A program made the translations under genes and the position numbers. 64,000 nt of DNA from a virus: IMG/VR virus record IMGVR_UViG_3300032289_002472, positions 1 to 64,000 of that record. One strand, given 5' to 3'. Positions 18,289-29,138 of the stretch are shown here, in pieces (position 1 is the stretch's first letter; each line of letters begins with the position of its first letter). The notes under the pieces are model-generated. The model saw only the letters and a program-made list of their open reading frames with translations, searched no databases and was not told where the DNA came from.

Positions 18289-19402
18289 GAGTTAATCTAG
18301 CAAGCTTAGATGTAGTGGATCCATTTATTGTTGTAAAACTTCCACCTATTATAAGTGATCCAGTAGAATCAAAGCATGCACAAGTTATTTCTCCGTCAAT
18401 GTCGATATAAGTCAAACCAGTGTATACGCTTGAATCACTGTTTAATTGCACAAGTTTTCTGTACCAAAACGCATCATCAACCGTATTGAAATCACCCAAG
18501 ATCAATGTTTTACCATTAGACTCTTTAAGCGCTATGTTTGCTGGTCCATCAAAACTAGGAGAATACCCTGTATTTACTGTGCCAGTTTGGTAATTGATCT
18601 GAAATATACGTTTTCTATTAAGTGTGCCTACTTTTGTAAAATCTCCAATAAAGGTAACGACAGAGGGATTTGTCGTGCTGTCTACAAAAAAATCTTTAAT
18701 AATTTCGTTTGGTCTAGTTGTATTGTGGCCCCAAAAAGGAATAGAGTTTCCATAAGGATCTAATTTTGCAATGTATTTCCTGGGTCTGCCGCTAACTCTA
18801 GCAAACTTCCCACAAATTATTGTATACTGATCAGGAAGAACTAAAGCTTTATCTACAAAAGGTGGAGAAATGATTGGCAAAAAACTTGAGTCAATGACGC
18901 CACCTGGACTTAGTTTTACCATTCCCATTCTATTAAACCCATTAAATGATGAAAACTGACCAGAAACATAAATATTATTAAAGTAGTCTACTGTTATATG
19001 CTCAATCTTACCATTTCCAGCTGTTCCAATATTATCGAAAAATGCAGCGTCAAAAGTTCCATCTGAATTTAGTCTCAACATCCCCCCCAACGAAAATCCA
19101 AACAAAAACTTGCCATCTGACTGATGCAAAAAAGCAGTTATAAAATTTGCAGTAAACCTCGATCTATTTGCAGCAAAAATAGAGTTCATCATCGCAGTAT
19201 TCAAAGTGCCATTATTATTTAATATAAGCGCCCCATTGAATACAGTACCCGCAGCAAAATAGGATCCCGAATATGTAGCCAAAAACCCCCCAGTATTTAT
19301 TTTAAAAATTTTGTCGACTGAAGTTACGTCAACAGTGTCTGCTGGAGCGAATGTATTTACAGCATTCTGGCTAAAAGTCTGATCAATTGAATAAAATGGC
19401 AT
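18278..19402 (-). CDS. delta-60/DUF5122-like beta-propeller protein
   Basis: Repeats QSDGK..., RLNSDGTFD, IGGSFTTING. Confidence 0.75.
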   Translation of the reverse strand: MPFYSIDQTFSQNAVNTFAPADTVDVTSVDKIFKINTGGFLATYSGSYFAAGTVFNGALILNNNGTLNTAMMNSIFAANRSRFTANFITAFLHQSDGKFLFGFSLGGMLRLNSDGTFDAAFFDNIGTAGNGKIEHITVDYFNNIYVSGQFSSFNGFNRMGMVKLSPGGVIDSSFLPIISPPFVDKALVLPDQYTIICGKFARVSGRPRKYIAKLDPYGNSIPFWGHNTTRPNEIIKDFFVDSTTNPSVVTFIGDFTKVGTLNRKRIFQINYQTGTVNTGYSPSFDGPANIALKESNGKTLILGDFNTVDDAFWYRKLVQLNSDSSVYTGLTYIDIDGEITCACFDSTGSLIIGGSFTTINGSTTSKLARLTLVP

Positions 19403-19406
19403 AGCG

Positions 19407-20345
19407 TTAAATAAATATTTTTCTTTCGTTCATTCTCTTCAAAATAGAAGCAACCCCAATTTGACTGCTTGTAGCCGAAGGATCGTATTTTCCGTCCTTA
19501 ACATATTTCCCTCGATCCCAATATTGAGAACCAGACCAAAGGTAAGGACTATGATTTCCTTTGTACATTCTGTAGCCCCAACCATTGTACCTTTCAGCTT
19601 GATAAAGCATTCCAGCAATTGACCAATCGCTCCACTTATCAAGACCCTTTATTCTTAAGGCGTCTTTTGCGCTAAAATCCCAACTATACCCATTTATAGT
19701 GTCTGGAGATGCCTTAGGACGACCAGCGGGAACGTTTTTAGTTCTATACTTTAGTGAATCTCCATTGTGTAAATGTTTGATGAAATTTTGATTGGACTCC
19801 ATTTTGTGAATACATCCAATCCAGTACCATGGCGCGATTCCAACTTTTTCGTACTCAGTTTGATTGACAATAATTTGATCAATAATTTTATCAACCAATT
19901 GCTTGTCTTTAATTTTGCACACTCTAAACATATCTTCATACTCCTCCTTTATTCTAGGATATGATGTGCTTTTGTTGGGTGGAGGAATGCTCACTTGTTT
20001 TTTATATTTTGTTACTGGAAACTGTCCACCAGGGGAAATGTCGTGGATTGTATCTCCATCCTCTTGGTAGGTTTTTCTATAACCATTTTCCCAGAGTATG
20101 TCAGTAAAAAATGCAGCAATATCAAATATCTCCGACTCTTCCCATTCTGGAAATATAACGTGAAAAGTTTCGTGCAATAATGTATCAAGATAATCTTTAG
20201 GTGGCTGATAAGGATCAAGCTCAATCAGAGCATCTTCATCAAAAGAGTGTCCATAAGCACTACCCTTGGGCTTCAGGAGAAGATTCTTGTGTACCACCGT
20301 CAGTTTGTTGGGAAACTGAGCTTTGGGTTTCTTCGGTTTTGGCAT
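19407..20345 (-). CDS. lysozyme-family (COG5526-like) domain fused to N-terminal HExxH domain
   Basis: LLHETFH; HKMES...HLHNGD...YNGWGY...SPYLWSGS...GKYVKDG. Confidence 0.75.
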   Translation of the reverse strand: MPKPKKPKAQFPNKLTVVHKNLLLKPKGSAYGHSFDEDALIELDPYQPPKDYLDTLLHETFHVIFPEWEESEIFDIAAFFTDILWENGYRKTYQEDGDTIHDISPGGQFPVTKYKKQVSIPPPNKSTSYPRIKEEYEDMFRVCKIKDKQLVDKIIDQIIVNQTEYEKVGIAPWYWIGCIHKMESNQNFIKHLHNGDSLKYRTKNVPAGRPKASPDTINGYSWDFSAKDALRIKGLDKWSDWSIAGMLYQAERYNGWGYRMYKGNHSPYLWSGSQYWDRGKYVKDGKYDPSATSSQIGVASILKRMNERKIFI

Positions 20346-20868
20346 TTTTTATTTCCTCCTGATTTGTTTCTAATTCTTCTGGCGAGTTTTTTGTTGTGGT
20401 GGGACCCCATCTGTCAATTGGGCATTTCTCTGTGGCAAGCCTCAACTTAGCTTGTGTAGAGCAACCACATTTTTGACAACGACCAGTATTACCAAAAGCC
20501 TTTGAATCCCAGAACTCGCACCTAGAGCAAATTTCTAGTCTTTCTTTTAGTTGCTCTTCGTCAACTGTCTTAAATCCAGATCCCGTCCATTTTAACATGC
20601 TTTGAGCAAATGACTGTACCATTTGCCCCGTACTGGGTAGTTCTACATTTTTTGAGTCTTGTATTACTTTTTTATTCTTATTATTTTTCTCTTGCCTCAT
20701 TATATCCTCGAATATTTTGTGCATATTCCTTGGATTAAATGGATTGTTTTGTACTTCTTCTGCAATTCTTTTTTGCTCCTCAATCGAGAGGTGTCCAAAG
20801 ACTTTTTGTGTGGGCCTCTCAGTAATTATTGGAGTATTTACCTTTTTTATAATTTCTTCAATATTCAT
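20260..20868 (-). CDS. Cys-cluster (DUF6171-like) protein
   Basis: RLEICSRCE...CQKCGC...K...CP..RW. Confidence 0.6.
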   Translation of the reverse strand: MNIEEIIKKVNTPIITERPTQKVFGHLSIEEQKRIAEEVQNNPFNPRNMHKIFEDIMRQEKNNKNKKVIQDSKNVELPSTGQMVQSFAQSMLKWTGSGFKTVDEEQLKERLEICSRCEFWDSKAFGNTGRCQKCGCSTQAKLRLATEKCPIDRWGPTTTKNSPEELETNQEEIKNAKTEETQSSVSQQTDGGTQESSPEAQG

Positions 20869-20882
20869 AATTCACTAAATCC

Positions 20883-23800
20883 CTACTCATTTAAATTTGT
20901 TGTTGCAAAACTAGAATGTAGACATTTCGAAGAATTTTCTCCAGCGGATAAAGAAACGTTTATTTTTTGCTCAACTTTACCACCAGAAGATGAGCTATTA
21001 AAACTCCCTTTAGTTTCTTCATAAGTTACTCTTGAAGAGCAATCATCTTGATCAATATATTCGGCTGTTATAATTTGATAGTCAGTTGTATAGGTTTTTG
21101 ACTGAGGTACTCCTTGTGAGTTTTTTATTTCGGGAGCTTCAAAAGAAATCGTTAACTCTAAAGATCCAGAAGCAGACGACTTAAAATCTTTACCGATATA
21201 ATCGTAAGCGCAAGAAGGAGAACAACAATCACTAGCAGTCGCATTACTACACCAAGGCATTGGGTACCCCTTTGACATCTCCCATGTTCCATTTAATTCT
21301 GGGCTGCCTTCCACGACATTTTGCCAAGTATATGTAGCAGTACATGCACGAGCTTCATAGAAGCTAGAGCTTGCTTCACATGTTTGAAAACCCTCATCGG
21401 TAAAACTACCCTCACATTTTTCAGTCTCTGAATAATTCCAGGTTGATGAAACTGCGGTACCGCCAATCGTTGTAGATCCACTGTTAGTTGTTTTGGTTAA
21501 GCAAGATCCCTCAGTTGTTTCCTCTGAGTCGCTAAACGTACAGTTTCCTGTTCCGCAGGTTGGATCAACTTGTGAATCGAAATTACCAAAAGAAAAATAA
21601 TTACAGGGTATGGTTCGTCCATAGCCAGTTGATGTGCAACTTCCCTCCCCTGTACAATAGTCTAAATTCCATTTTGCACTCTCTGGATTAACCCTATTTG
21701 TACAACTCGCTGTATTAGAAGTGGTTCCACTCCCTTTGCGGGTTCCACTACACTCTTCTTGCGGTGGGCATCCCGCCGCCCAAGATCTTTTTATATTTCC
21801 ATTACTTGAAACACTAAGTGAATAATTGTTTGAAGCAAGACATTCTCCCTGCATTGGGTCGTAAAGTGCTGTACAGAGTGCACTGCCACCCCCTCCCCTA
21901 GAGTACGTACCGCTTGACTGAAAAGTTAACGCTGCATATTGCTTACAATCTGGAGCAGTAAAATAAACAGGTGTGCAATTATCTGGATACTTCTTTTCCT
22001 CTAGTATGCAGGTGCCCGATTGATTTGTTTGCTCTATACTTGTTGATATACTCGCACTTCCACAAAAAGGTTCTGCATATCTACGTGCCCCTGGTATTGA
22101 GGGGGGCTGTATATCGTGCGTCTCTCCCCTGCCTAAAGCAATTATTCTCTCTGTTTTAATTCCACTCTCATATTGCGTAATTTCTTTTATGGTTACTGGA
22201 TTAACGGCTTTTATCACAGACTTTACTCTATAAACCCCTCCTGCTCCCTTGGAGTACATAGCAAATGGTCCTGCTCCGCCACTCCACTGCAACACCTTAT
22301 TACCCCCATATCCAAGTAATACACTTCCAGCAACTCCCCAAGGTAACGACGAAAAACCAAATGAATTTAAGGCGCTGCTATTTCTTGAGTCTACATTTTC
22401 TATTGTATTTGGATTACTTAAAGACTCCATCGCTGTTTTTTGTATGGTTGTTTTTTTTTCTTCTTCTGAGTAGCAATATGCCGACTTTTCAGAAACGGTC
22501 ATTTCACCGCAATCCCACTCCCTGCTAGTGTCAGTACAAGATACTTCGGTTCCACCAGTTATTGCTGGTTCGCACAGCATAAAAACCCCTACGTCTCCAT
22601 CATAGCATGAGACGCCTGTCTCTGGATCAATAGTCCAGGTCCTAACAACATTTCTTTCGCTGGCAGAATATCCTCCACACGTTCCACCGATAATTCCTTG
22701 GCCACTGAAAGTGTATGTTAAATATTTATCATCAGGGTCTCCCCCACATAGTGGAGAATAACCATGAAGTTGAGAATAAGCAGATATAGTTTTTACCTCT
22801 ACCTCACAGCAACAACTACAAATGCTTAGGGGCCCAAACATTGTAAGGGTTTTTTCTGAATCGTCTTTGAATGCTGCCTTATCTCCGCCAATACAAAGAC
22901 AGGTGGCTCCAAGATATTCGTCTAATACACCATTGATATCATTAAAATTACAGGCACAAATCGGATTGCCTACATTCACTCTCTCGCAGCTAGTGCATGG
23001 TCCAGTAGAGTCTGGAATTTTCCTCTCCATGATGTCTGGAGAATCACCCTGGACATACATTGGAACAGAGTCTTTATACTTCCATTTCTCGTCCTTGTTT
23101 GTCTCGGGATGATACTTACATTTATTGTATTCGCAGTCTCTCAATGTCTGACCGCCAACCATACTATTTACTCTGTCCCATATATCCGTTAAATGAATAG
23201 CAGATATTTTCTGAGTGACCCACCCCTTAAACACGCCCCCCGTAATTGCGTTGTCGCAGCAAAAAAACGTTTCGTCATTAAATGGTTGTTGCTCATCCAA
23301 GGGGTTAGTTAATTCAACCCCCAGAGAAACCCACTTAAGCCTTCTTCTCCTATAGGGCCACGCACTCAGTGGGAGTCCAGCCGCAATAGCGCTTTTATTT
23401 TCCTCGCACAAAGAGTGATCCATGTATTCTTCTGTGTAGTGAGCTAAAGCATATTCATTACAGCAAAATTTTCGTGCAACGGTACAGGGCCTATCTTTAG
23501 GGACGCAAATTGGGCCTGAATAAAAAAGTCTTTTAGCTACATCACCAAATTTATTTTGATAATGCGGACTAGCTCTCCAATCAAAATTAAAGTGACAATA
23601 TTGCTGCCAATCACTGATAACCGTTCCAGATCCCGTACAGCTTGGCCAAATACATTGAGCCTTCCAAAGATCTGGATCTATGTTAAAGATTTCATTATCT
23701 TTGCACGTAATTCCACGAGGATACTCAATATCAAAATTTTGAAATCTAAATCCGGTACATCCATAGCAAGGGTCGTTTAAGTAAACAATCCAGGGGCCAA

Positions 23801-24158
23801 AATTAGTGCCCTGATTTCCCACGGTGTTGGCATAACTATATTGAGTCGATAAAAGATCTATTCTTCTGATTATGTCTCCACCAGTTATAACAAAATATAT
23901 TTCATCGTAATTTCCAGATTCATCAAATCTTACACTACAGAACCCTTCAATACTTGCCAAATTGTCTCTCTGTTCTTTTGCCCCCTCTTGCTGTTCTGTG
24001 ATATAGTTATATTTTAAGCCCTCTTCCCTATCTTCTTTCTTCAATAAATCCCAAAATTGATTAAAGCTGGTTCTAAGTTGTGTTAATTGCCACCACTTTA
24101 CACAAGACCCTTTATAAACATAGGATCCTTCCCATTCTTGATCCATTTTACAGGCCAT
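20883..24158 (-). CDS. large Cys-rich putative virion/tail protein
   Basis: 1091 aa, dozens of Cys, S/T/G-rich. Confidence 0.6.
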   Translation of the reverse strand: MACKMDQEWEGSYVYKGSCVKWWQLTQLRTSFNQFWDLLKKEDREEGLKYNYITEQQEGAKEQRDNLASIEGFCSVRFDESGNYDEIYFVITGGDIIRRIDLLSTQYSYANTVGNQGTNFGPWIVYLNDPCYGCTGFRFQNFDIEYPRGITCKDNEIFNIDPDLWKAQCIWPSCTGSGTVISDWQQYCHFNFDWRASPHYQNKFGDVAKRLFYSGPICVPKDRPCTVARKFCCNEYALAHYTEEYMDHSLCEENKSAIAAGLPLSAWPYRRRRLKWVSLGVELTNPLDEQQPFNDETFFCCDNAITGGVFKGWVTQKISAIHLTDIWDRVNSMVGGQTLRDCEYNKCKYHPETNKDEKWKYKDSVPMYVQGDSPDIMERKIPDSTGPCTSCERVNVGNPICACNFNDINGVLDEYLGATCLCIGGDKAAFKDDSEKTLTMFGPLSICSCCCEVEVKTISAYSQLHGYSPLCGGDPDDKYLTYTFSGQGIIGGTCGGYSASERNVVRTWTIDPETGVSCYDGDVGVFMLCEPAITGGTEVSCTDTSREWDCGEMTVSEKSAYCYSEEEKKTTIQKTAMESLSNPNTIENVDSRNSSALNSFGFSSLPWGVAGSVLLGYGGNKVLQWSGGAGPFAMYSKGAGGVYRVKSVIKAVNPVTIKEITQYESGIKTERIIALGRGETHDIQPPSIPGARRYAEPFCGSASISTSIEQTNQSGTCILEEKKYPDNCTPVYFTAPDCKQYAALTFQSSGTYSRGGGGSALCTALYDPMQGECLASNNYSLSVSSNGNIKRSWAAGCPPQEECSGTRKGSGTTSNTASCTNRVNPESAKWNLDYCTGEGSCTSTGYGRTIPCNYFSFGNFDSQVDPTCGTGNCTFSDSEETTEGSCLTKTTNSGSTTIGGTAVSSTWNYSETEKCEGSFTDEGFQTCEASSSFYEARACTATYTWQNVVEGSPELNGTWEMSKGYPMPWCSNATASDCCSPSCAYDYIGKDFKSSASGSLELTISFEAPEIKNSQGVPQSKTYTTDYQIITAEYIDQDDCSSRVTYEETKGSFNSSSSGGKVEQKINVSLSAGENSSKCLHSSFATTNLNE

Positions 24159-24159
24159 A

Positions 24160-24438
24160 CTATTTTGTATTCCTTAAAAATTTATAACTACCCTCAAGGC
24201 GTTGTTTGTCTCCAGTATAACCGTCTTTAAAAACAACTACGTCAGTATCAGTATATACATAAACGCTGTTAGGTTCGGGTATCCAAACCTTTTTCTTTTT
24301 GCCAAACTGATCTAATTCAACAATGGCAATGTCGTAATTAACTAGCTGTTTTTCACTGGGTAAACTTTCGCACCCAACCAAAAACCAAACCCATGCTATT
24401 ACAACAATGACAATTACAATGTTTTCAATGCGCTGCAT
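24160..24438 (-). CDS. putative lipoprotein
   Basis: Hydrophobic N-terminus, LVGC lipobox. Confidence 0.55.
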   Translation of the reverse strand: MQRIENIVIVIVVIAWVWFLVGCESLPSEKQLVNYDIAIVELDQFGKKKKVWIPEPNSVYVYTDTDVVVFKDGYTGDKQRLEGSYKFLRNTK

Positions 24439-25097
24439 AAATGTGCCCCCTCTTCAAAGAGTTTCTCCATTTGATCAAACTTGATAAAAAATCTGCCATT
24501 GCGTCCATAAGAACTTCCCCAGCTATTTATGGCAAAGAATGTTTCCCACTTTGAATCAACGCCGTAAATGGTCCACGCATGCCCTCCCTCATAATTGCCA
24601 TGAACACGCACAAAACCATTAGGGTCTGGATGAGTCATTCCATAATACCATCTAGTTCCTGCAATGACCGGACCATTTTCATAGATAAATTTTGCGACAT
24701 CTTCTACGCTGTATCCCCAAACGTATGAAGAAATAATTCCTTTGTCTTTTAAGAACTTAGCACCAGCTCGTACGCTGGTTCCATAATAATCTGGCTCTTG
24801 TCCTGGCCATTCATCTATTTTTTGAGCCTCTTTGTATATTGCAGATGGCTGAGGTAAGTTATCAACCATCCCACCCCAAGGTTCTGTTCCAAGAAATTGG
24901 GCCCAAGAATATCCAACACAGTGGCTGGTATCCCCCTGATTTAGTAATGGTCCAATTTTCCAAGACTGCCTAATTGAATCGTCGAGCCTTGGTTTTGATC
25001 CATACATCATGAATCTTTCGTCGCGTTCATCGTGACTAAAAAGCAGTCCCTTTCCGAGCAAGGGATGCTCCGACTTAGCAGTATTAACTTTTATCAT
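24414..25097 (-). CDS. papain-like C1 cysteine peptidase
   Basis: LNQGDTSHCVG, GGHAW, INSWG catalytic motifs. Confidence 0.85.
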   Translation of the reverse strand: MIKVNTAKSEHPLLGKGLLFSHDERDERFMMYGSKPRLDDSIRQSWKIGPLLNQGDTSHCVGYSWAQFLGTEPWGGMVDNLPQPSAIYKEAQKIDEWPGQEPDYYGTSVRAGAKFLKDKGIISSYVWGYSVEDVAKFIYENGPVIAGTRWYYGMTHPDPNGFVRVHGNYEGGHAWTIYGVDSKWETFFAINSWGSSYGRNGRFFIKFDQMEKLFEEGAHLCSALKTL

Positions 25098-25110
25098 TTG
25101 TGTAGTTTGT

Positions 25111-25698
25111 TTATTTAAATTTTTGCTTTATTGCATCATATAATTTCACCCATTCCGTAGGATTCAAGTCATTTTTTCTGCCAGGACTCGCCTGTCTATG
25201 ATCTGTCATCCACGGCAAAGAAAATTTCCACTTTTCCCAACGAGGCTCCAACCAATCAAGAGCACTATTAATCTGATCCTCATTTAATAGTGCTCCAAAT
25301 TTTTCATTAGGATATGTATTTCCAGAAAACGCACACCCAAGCATAAATTCATTGCAAGAGTTTTTACCATTCCACTTAGATTTGCCTGCATGCCACATTC
25401 TCTTAGTGTCTTCTCCAAATACAACCCTGTCGCCATTCTGTTTAATTAGGCAATGATAAGATGCATAGATTCCTTTGGATGGATTAGAGGAATTCATGAT
25501 CCAACCAATGTCACCCTCCCAAGTTCCACAGCTATGGTGAAAAACTACCCCTAGGGGTTTAATAGAAATACCTTTGCTGTGGTTTCGAGTGACCATCACG
25601 GTCTCGGAATATTTTTTGGGAAAAATCATTTCTTCCTTAGGTTTATCTATTTTTGGATACTTTGCAAACAAACTCTTTAGCCACTTAAAAATGCTCAT
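25111..25698 (-). CDS. N-acetylmuramoyl-L-alanine amidase (Amidase_2), putative endolysin
   Basis: VVFHHS, ASYHCLI, WHAGKSKW, DHRQASPGRKND. Confidence 0.88.
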   Translation of the reverse strand: MSIFKWLKSLFAKYPKIDKPKEEMIFPKKYSETVMVTRNHSKGISIKPLGVVFHHSCGTWEGDIGWIMNSSNPSKGIYASYHCLIKQNGDRVVFGEDTKRMWHAGKSKWNGKNSCNEFMLGCAFSGNTYPNEKFGALLNEDQINSALDWLEPRWEKWKFSLPWMTDHRQASPGRKNDLNPTEWVKLYDAIKQKFK

Positions 25699-25742
25699 TT
25701 TTGTAAAATGTAATTTGACTCTATCTGTTTGTTAACCTTATA

Positions 25743-26246
25743 TTGGAGCTCATGAAAACACTATTATATCTAATCATTAGCTCAACCTTAATCTTAACAA
25801 CAGGATGCGAATCCCTACGTAAGTTTAATAGCGAAAACAGCAATGTCGGACAAGTAATTTCTGACTATATTGTTTACGTTAAACCAGTTGTTTCAACAGC
25901 TACATCCATCGTCTTCAATGTAGCTGTAAGCGCTCAAGATCGCGTTGACAAAGCTCAAGTCATCTATGGCTATGCTGTAGTGATCAAAAGATTAGCTCAA
26001 GGAACTACCCCAACTCCTCAAGAGCTTTCAGACGCACTCTATAATGTTTCCCCAAGCAAGAAGCATTGGACAATGTATGTGGAAAACATTAGTTCTTTGT
26101 ATTCAACGCTTTATGGCAAACTTAATGGTGATGCCAAGCTTATCCCAGTAATCCTTGGAGAGATTGCTGCAGCCATTGAAATGGCTACAGTTCAATACTT
26201 GCCAACACCAGCAGAATTGAAGCTGGAAGCTAAACAAAAGAAATAA
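25743..26246 (+). CDS. putative lipoprotein
   Basis: LTTGC lipobox; own terminator. Confidence 0.6.
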   Translation: MELMKTLLYLIISSTLILTTGCESLRKFNSENSNVGQVISDYIVYVKPVVSTATSIVFNVAVSAQDRVDKAQVIYGYAVVIKRLAQGTTPTPQELSDALYNVSPSKKHWTMYVENISSLYSTLYGKLNGDAKLIPVILGEIAAAIEMATVQYLPTPAELKLEAKQKK

Positions 26247-26265
26247 ACATTTCTCCCTAAAATTC

Positions 26266-26294
26266 AAGACCCTACCGAAAGGTAGGGTCTTTTG
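26266..26294 (+). terminator. intrinsic terminator
   Basis: AAGACCCTACC-GAAA-GGTAGGGTCTTTT. Confidence 0.75.
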
Positions 26295-26420
26295 GTTTAA
26301 GCTGCCCCCCCGAAGGGGGGCAGCAACTAACCACACACAATGAACGTACAACAACACCAAGTATTTCTACTTAGCAATAAATAATTTATAACAATTTTGA
26401 CAAACCGTCAACTGTTTATT

Positions 26421-26930
26421 TTAAACAATATGATAGACGGGATTCTTAAAAGAAAACTCCCCAATTATTAACTGAGGGAGAGGTGGTTTCCATCTAACCA
26501 AGAACAATCCATTAAGCTCAGGCTCGTGCATTTGATAGGGCTGGTGCTCAGCTGTCTCGGATACCCCATATACCTGTCCTGTCGTCTTTTCAATGATTTC
26601 CCCTTCAAGGACAAACAAAGATTCATAATAGGTATGGTAATGTTTAGGCATAATGCCAGAACCCTCACAAATCGCTCTAGTGCAACCATCCCTATCGTCA
26701 ATGAGCATGAGCTTAATTCCAGGAAAGATATTTATCCAAGAGCCTCGGTAAAGATGGGCTTCCATGATCTTATCTTCATGATCATGTGAAGCCATTACCC
26801 TAATGTCTTGGCCTATTTCCTTTGTTGCACGTTCAGCCGCTGCACGAAGCCTAAGGTGTGCAGTCAATAGTTCATTTTTAATTGCTGGAGCTGTCATGGC
26901 TTCTTGAGTGCTCTCTCTAAAAGACTGCAC
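26421..26930 (-). CDS. cupin-domain protein
   Basis: MPKHYH..E.LFVLEGEI...H motif. Confidence 0.7.
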   Translation of the reverse strand: MQSFRESTQEAMTAPAIKNELLTAHLRLRAAAERATKEIGQDIRVMASHDHEDKIMEAHLYRGSWINIFPGIKLMLIDDRDGCTRAICEGSGIMPKHYHTYYESLFVLEGEIIEKTTGQVYGVSETAEHQPYQMHEPELNGLFLVRWKPPLPQLIIGEFSFKNPVYHIV

Positions 26931-27274
26931 TGGTTAGCAATATGTTCTCTCAGTTGATTAATTGCTAATTCCAGGTTGTGCTTATTCTCCTGCGAACTAG
27001 CAGCAATAGCAGGAGCAATTGCTTCAACTACTTTTGTTAATGATCCCATCGTCGCAATGTTTTCTTTTGAAAGATCTAATAATTCTTTAGCACTAGCTCT
27101 TTCTTTCTCTTTATAGTCTTTTATATCCCTTAGAAGATAAAAAACCCAGAATAAAAGTACGGCAACCCCTAATCCAAATTTAACTGCTATATCAAAAATA
27201 GAGGTAAATGATGGGACATTCTCTACACTTGCCGTCAGATCGGGAGCAGCTAAAAGAAAAAACAACGTATCCAT
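26894..27274 (-). CDS. holin-like membrane protein
   Basis: One TM plus coiled coil near amidase. Confidence 0.4.
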   Translation of the reverse strand: MDTLFFLLAAPDLTASVENVPSFTSIFDIAVKFGLGVAVLLFWVFYLLRDIKDYKEKERASAKELLDLSKENIATMGSLTKVVEAIAPAIAASSQENKHNLELAINQLREHIANQCSLLERALKKP

Positions 27275-27363
27275 AAAAGTTGAATTTCTATATATTAACC
27301 TAAAAACAAAAACGCGACTATTAAAAAATAGTCGCGTTAGTGCTTTAGCTTAATTAAATTAAG

Positions 27364-27816
27364 TTATTTTTTAGATCCTGGTTTCTTAAACGCAGGTCTT
27401 TTGGGTGCTGGAGCTTTTTTAAGTGTATTAGTCTTTTTAACTGGAACAGCTTTACGAACCTCAACCTTGGCAGCGGGGAAGAAAGCCTCTGAAATGGCCG
27501 CAGTAGTCTTACTAAGGGCTAAGCCATCGACCTTAACTGGTTTTCCAGAAAGTACGAGTGCCTCTTGGATATCGCGACCATATCTTTTAATAATGTCTGC
27601 TGGAATCATGTTGTAAAGTGAGTCAATCACAACCCACAAGATCCCTGTGATTGCAGCTTCATTAAGATAAAGCTCAATACCTGGAATTTTATCTGCCAAG
27701 AAGGATACTAAATAGGCAGCAAAAAGAGTAATTCCTTTTTGAATATAAGGACCGCCTTTGCTAAGGGCAAATCTAACGATCCATGTTTCTAAGAATGCTG
27801 GTAGTTTTAATTTCAT
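27364..27816 (-). CDS. holin-like membrane protein
   Basis: Two TM, basic C-terminus. Confidence 0.4.
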   Translation of the reverse strand: MKLKLPAFLETWIVRFALSKGGPYIQKGITLFAAYLVSFLADKIPGIELYLNEAAITGILWVVIDSLYNMIPADIIKRYGRDIQEALVLSGKPVKVDGLALSKTTAAISEAFFPAAKVEVRKAVPVKKTNTLKKAPAPKRPAFKKPGSKK

Positions 27817-27821
27817 AGTTT

Positions 27822-28079
27822 TTATTTGCTGAATCCTGAAGTTTGTCTCGAAGAGCGAAATCTGTCAATCATTGTTTGGACATTTGGTACGTATGATATT
27901 TTAATTTCAATTCTACCGTATTTCCCTATATTATCTCCAGTTGGGGGGATTGGAAAGCTGACACATCCAGAAGACATTAAAGCCAATAGAAGCAATACCC
28001 TATAAAGTATATTTGACAGTTTCTCTAACATTTCTTTCTGGGTTGTCTTGTTTATTTTTGGGTTTTTTACGTTCACCAC
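27822..28079 (-). CDS. small lipoprotein (o-spanin-like)
   Basis: MSSGC lipobox, overlaps end of upstream membrane protein. Confidence 0.4.
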   Translation of the reverse strand: MVNVKNPKINKTTQKEMLEKLSNILYRVLLLLALMSSGCVSFPIPPTGDNIGKYGRIEIKISYVPNVQTMIDRFRSSRQTSGFSK

Positions 28080-29121
28080 GAATCATATAAACAATCACTG
28101 TATCAACTATCTCTAATAGTATAGCTAAGGTCATACAAATCAATGCTGTGATTTCCCCCCTAAATAATGCACCAAAAGACAGTTGAATAATATTCTCTGT
28201 AGAGAACTTTACATATTCAGGCTTTAGATCGAGCTTTGAGCTAATTGTATTTATTGAAGCATTTAACTTAATTAGCTCATTTGCCAACTCATCAAATGTT
28301 TTAGCTTGGCTCACTTTAAATACCAATCCTTCGTCGTTTTGAGTAGTAACAAGCTGATCGATTGTATTAATTGCACCAGATAAACTAGTTTGTTTAGCTT
28401 CAAACTCTTTTTGTACTTTTTCTGTTTCTCTAGTTTTTTCCAGATCTATATTTTGCTTTTCTATGGTCGCTTCAGCCTGTGTTTTTCTCAGATTTGATTC
28501 TAGCTCTTTAGCCTTTGGTCCTTCTCCTGCTTTACCAGATGTAATCTTACCAGGGACCCCCTGAGTTTCATCAATGTAGAGTTGCTCAGCTTTGTTTACC
28601 TCAAGTGCCAGAACTTTTCTTTTTTCTTCAATCTGTTTGTATACGTTAGAAAGGGCTAGGGCTTGTGCTTTCTCTAGGGCTATTAGACTTTTACTAATTT
28701 CTTGCCGAGCGTCCTTGTCGAAATAATTAACTTTTTCTAATACCTCAAACTTGGTTTCAATCAAAGACTGCCTGACACTTGTCTTTGCGTAAAATCCAAT
28801 AAAGTCAAAGATAGTCGGTAAGATACTTACAGCTATGCAGAGAATAGCCATCTGAAGAGTAAATACCTTTCTACCGTATAGAATTATTTTAATGCAGTAG
28901 GGGAGTCCTACTACGGATAATGCAGACAGGAATACAATAATGAATGGCCAATCAATTAATATTAAACTTAATGCATAGTGGGCAAAAGCAATGGATACAA
29001 CCATCACAATCCCATAAACAATATTTAACGCCCTAGCAGCAACTACATTCTCTGTATCAAAGCCGAATAAAGTTTTGTAGCTGCTTTCTTCGCTATTTTC
29101 ACTTGAAGAAATTAACATCAT
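28000..29121 (-). CDS. membrane coiled-coil protein (DUF4407-like)
   Basis: 3 TM, coiled coil with G..GEGPKA, C-terminal TM. Confidence 0.6.
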   Translation of the reverse strand: MMLISSSENSEESSYKTLFGFDTENVVAARALNIVYGIVMVVSIAFAHYALSLILIDWPFIIVFLSALSVVGLPYCIKIILYGRKVFTLQMAILCIAVSILPTIFDFIGFYAKTSVRQSLIETKFEVLEKVNYFDKDARQEISKSLIALEKAQALALSNVYKQIEEKRKVLALEVNKAEQLYIDETQGVPGKITSGKAGEGPKAKELESNLRKTQAEATIEKQNIDLEKTRETEKVQKEFEAKQTSLSGAINTIDQLVTTQNDEGLVFKVSQAKTFDELANELIKLNASINTISSKLDLKPEYVKFSTENIIQLSFGALFRGEITALICMTLAILLEIVDTVIVYMIRGERKKPKNKQDNPERNVRETVKYTL

Positions 29122-29138
29122 TAATTAAGGTAATTGGA

